Shown here piece by piece: positions 61,683 to 64,000 of a DNA stretch of 64,000 nucleotides (positions within the stretch are counted from its first letter, which is position 1; every line of letters begins with the position of its first letter). The notes beneath the pieces were generated by a model. It saw only the letters and a list, made by a program, of their open reading frames with translations, ran no database searches and had not been told where the DNA came from. The stretch is from Alphaproteobacteria bacterium (GTDB lineage Bacteria > Pseudomonadota > Alphaproteobacteria > JABAAW01). The stretch covers positions 1,369,245 to 1,433,244 of the forward strand of contig CBDCGG010000002.1 of assembly GCA_965216605.1 (NCBI GenBank). The letters run 5' to 3'. The position numbers and the translations under genes were made by a program.

Positions 61683-62591
61683 ATGGTTGAAAAGATCACC
61701 GACGACGAAGAGGCAGAGGTCGCACCGCAAGTTAGTCGCTTGCTCGGCTTGTGGCGCGGGATGGCTCTTTTGCGCGAATCGCGTATCGGCATTATCGGGC
61801 TGACGCTGGTCATGTTTTGGATTCTGCTCTCTATATTAGCACCCCTGCTACCGCTGATCGACCCTCTACAGCAGTACCCCTGTTGCGTCCAGCTGGGGGT
61901 GAACAGCCATGGCGATGAGGGGCAATTTTTTCTGCTCGGCACAGACGACCGAGGACGCGACATTCTCTCGCGGTTGGTGTGGGGCGGCAGGCTCGTGCTG
62001 TTTTGGTCTGCCTTCGCGATGCTGGTCGCCTATGTCGTAGGCGGCTCGATGGGACTCGTTGCGGGTTACCTCGGTGGCTGGTGGGACGGTGTGCTTTCTT
62101 TTCTCGCCAATATACTGCTCTCCTTCCCCGTCATGGTGATGTACCTTTTAGTTATCACCTACTTGGGAGGTGCTTCAGGAGCGAATGTCGTTTTTGCCGT
62201 GACCTTTGCAACGGCGCCTGCGATCTTCCGCATCGTGAGAGGCTTGATTTTGGACATTCGGGCGCGTGACTATGTTTTTGCCGCCCAAGTGCGCGGCGAA
62301 CATCCTGTGCGCATCATGCTCGTGGAGTTGTTGCCGAATGTCCGCGGTCCCCTGATCGTGGACATGTGCCTGCGCTTGGGCTACACGACGATCACGATCG
62401 CCTTGTTGGGCTATTTGGGTATCGGCTTGCCGCCGCCGTCTCCGAACTGGGGTACGATGATTGCCGATGCGCAGCAGTTCGGACACTTCGGAGTCAATGC
62501 CATGCTTTGGCCTGCGATTGCCATCTCGACTTTAGTGCTGGGGCTCAATCTTTTTGCCGACGGCTTGCGCGAGGTTTCCTTGCGCGACTGA
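61683..62591 (+). CDS. ABC permease (DppC-like)
   Basis: LGTDDRGRDILSR, DYVFAAQVRG, LLPN, PNWG, NLFADGLR. Confidence 0.92.
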   Translation: MVEKITDDEEAEVAPQVSRLLGLWRGMALLRESRIGIIGLTLVMFWILLSILAPLLPLIDPLQQYPCCVQLGVNSHGDEGQFFLLGTDDRGRDILSRLVWGGRLVLFWSAFAMLVAYVVGGSMGLVAGYLGGWWDGVLSFLANILLSFPVMVMYLLVITYLGGASGANVVFAVTFATAPAIFRIVRGLILDIRARDYVFAAQVRGEHPVRIMLVELLPNVRGPLIVDMCLRLGYTTITIALLGYLGIGLPPPSPNWGTMIADAQQFGHFGVNAMLWPAIAISTLVLGLNLFADGLREVSLRD

Positions 62592-62629
62592 CGCGCCAAG
62601 CAGGAGAATCAATTTAGAGAATCAATTTT

Positions 62630-64000
62630 ATGTCTTCAAATAATCAGAACCCACAACCCGTTTTGGAATGCAAGGATCTCTGCCTTTCCTACGACACGCG
62701 CGGTGGCGAGGTGGAAGCCGTCGTTGATTTCAACCTGTCGATTATGGCGGGCGAAGCGGTGGGGCTAGTTGGCGAATCGGGTTGCGGCAAGTCTACGGTC
62801 GCGCTTGCCATCATGCAACACTTGGGCAGAAACGGCTCGGTAGTCTCCGGCGAGATCAACTTCATGGGGCAAAACCTCTGTGAGATGAACGAGGCGCAGC
62901 TGCGTCGCCTTCGCGGCAAAGAGATCGCGATGGTCTATCAGGAGCCGATGGCATCGTTGAACCCTTCGATGAAGATCGGCAAGCAGCTGGTCGAAGTTCC
63001 TGTTCGCCACGAAGGTTTGTCGACTGAGAAAGCCTACCAGCGTGCGATCACGCTTTTGGACGAGGTGAATCTGCCCGACCCCGATATGATGATGAAACGT
63101 TTCCCTCACCAACTGTCAGGAGGACAGCAGCAGCGTGTGCTGATCGCGATGGCGCTGTTGTCGCGTCCGAAGCTGTTGCTGTTGGACGAGCCGACGACGG
63201 CGTTGGATGTGACGGTCGAGGCGGGAATCGTCGATTTAATCCGAGGCATCTCCAAGAAATACGGCACGTCGTTGCTGTATATTTCGCACAATTTAGGATT
63301 GATCTTGGAAACTTGCGACCGTATCACGGTGATGTATTCGGGGCAGGCGGTCGAACGAGGCTCGATCAAACAGGTGTTCGACCAAATGCGTCATCCCTAC
63401 ACACGAGGTCTTTTCAGCTCGATCCCGCTGCCTGGGGCGGATCGTCATGAACATCCTCTTGTTCCGATTCGCGGTCAGCTGCCGTTGCCGCAGTCTCGTC
63501 CGAGAGGTTGTTATTTCTCGCCGCGTTGCGATTTTTTCAAGAAGGGAGTCTGCGATCAAGAAAGAATTTCCATGCAGGCGGTCGCAGGCAAGCAGGGACA
63601 TGTCGTTCGTTGTGCGCGTTATGCCGCGATCGACTGGTCGAAGTACAAGCCTGAGGGTATAAAGCAACCCGTCTCGCAGAGGGGAGCGGAAGTTTTGGTG
63701 GTCAAGGATATGAAGAAGTACTACGAGATCAAAGATCGCTCTTTACACGCCTTGTTGAAGGGTGGGAGGACGCGTCAAGTCAAGGCGAACGACGGCTTGA
63801 GCTTTGCCGCGCACGAGGCGGAAACAGTGGCGATCGTGGGAGAGACGGGCTGTGGCAAGTCAACGCTGGCCAAGGTTTTAATGGGCTTGGAGTGTGCGAC
63901 GGAAGGCAGTATCAAAATCAGAGGCAAGGATATTGCAGACTTGCCTGTCCAGCAACGCAACCCGCAGATGATCGGAGCTTTGCAGATCGTGTTTCAGAAC
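62630..64000 (+). CDS. ABC ATP-binding protein with two fused NBDs (DppD/F-like), truncated by the window end
   Basis: Manual translation from ATG 62630: GLVGESGCGKST, PHQLSGGQQQR, LLLLDEPTTALD, second Walker A GETGCGKST; no stop before 64000. Confidence 0.9.
   Translation, partial: MSSNNQNPQPVLECKDLCLSYDTRGGEVEAVVDFNLSIMAGEAVGLVGESGCGKSTVALAIMQHLGRNGSVVSGEINFMGQNLCEMNEAQLRRLRGKEIAMVYQEPMASLNPSMKIGKQLVEVPVRHEGLSTEKAYQRAITLLDEVNLPDPDMMMKRFPHQLSGGQQQRVLIAMALLSRPKLLLLDEPTTALDVTVEAGIVDLIRGISKKYGTSLLYISHNLGLILETCDRITVMYSGQAVERGSIKQVFDQMRHPYTRGLFSSIPLPGADRHEHPLVPIRGQLPLPQSRPRGCYFSPRCDFFKKGVCDQERISMQAVAGKQGHVVRCARYAAIDWSKYKPEGIKQPVSQRGAEVLVVKDMKKYYEIKDRSLHALLKGGRTRQVKANDGLSFAAHEAETVAIVGETGCGKSTLAKVLMGLECATEGSIKIRGKDIADLPVQQRNPQMIGALQIVFQN

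Overview
Chromosomal window of a probable alphaproteobacterium, inferred from the gene orders hfq-hflX, suf and ftsB-pdhA-pdhB(lipoyl)-pdhC. Left to right it holds: the end of a divergent type I secretion ABC/HlyD pair; gltX; a frameshifted nadE; a glutathione S-transferase (GST); hfq-hflX; a MATE transporter; sufA, an orphan gene and sufTSDC; ftsB-pdhABC; a 30-kb, 10,008-aa RTX Ca-binding repeat protein with a lipobox-like N-terminus; cinA, pgpA, sufB and lpdA; an AT-rich degraded island; and a betaine/methylamine module (MttB family, dimethylglycine dehydrogenase-like, family-5 ABC importer). No rRNA, tRNA, CRISPR or transposase was recognised. The most unusual signals are these. (1) Related GC-rich mini-hairpin elements sit at three convergent gene junctions, each centred on a strand-symmetric composition 'halo' (G/T-rich to the left, C/A-rich to the right) that has rewritten the neighbouring gene ends. 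(2) The giant RTX protein has a single apparent Cys in a lipobox-like motif and is built from about 22 repeat-plus-cap modules. (3) The PDH E2 lacks a lipoyl domain. (4) The suf and pdh operons are interleaved. (5) 11-15 bp micro-duplications are pervasive. All calls were made by eye, without database searches.
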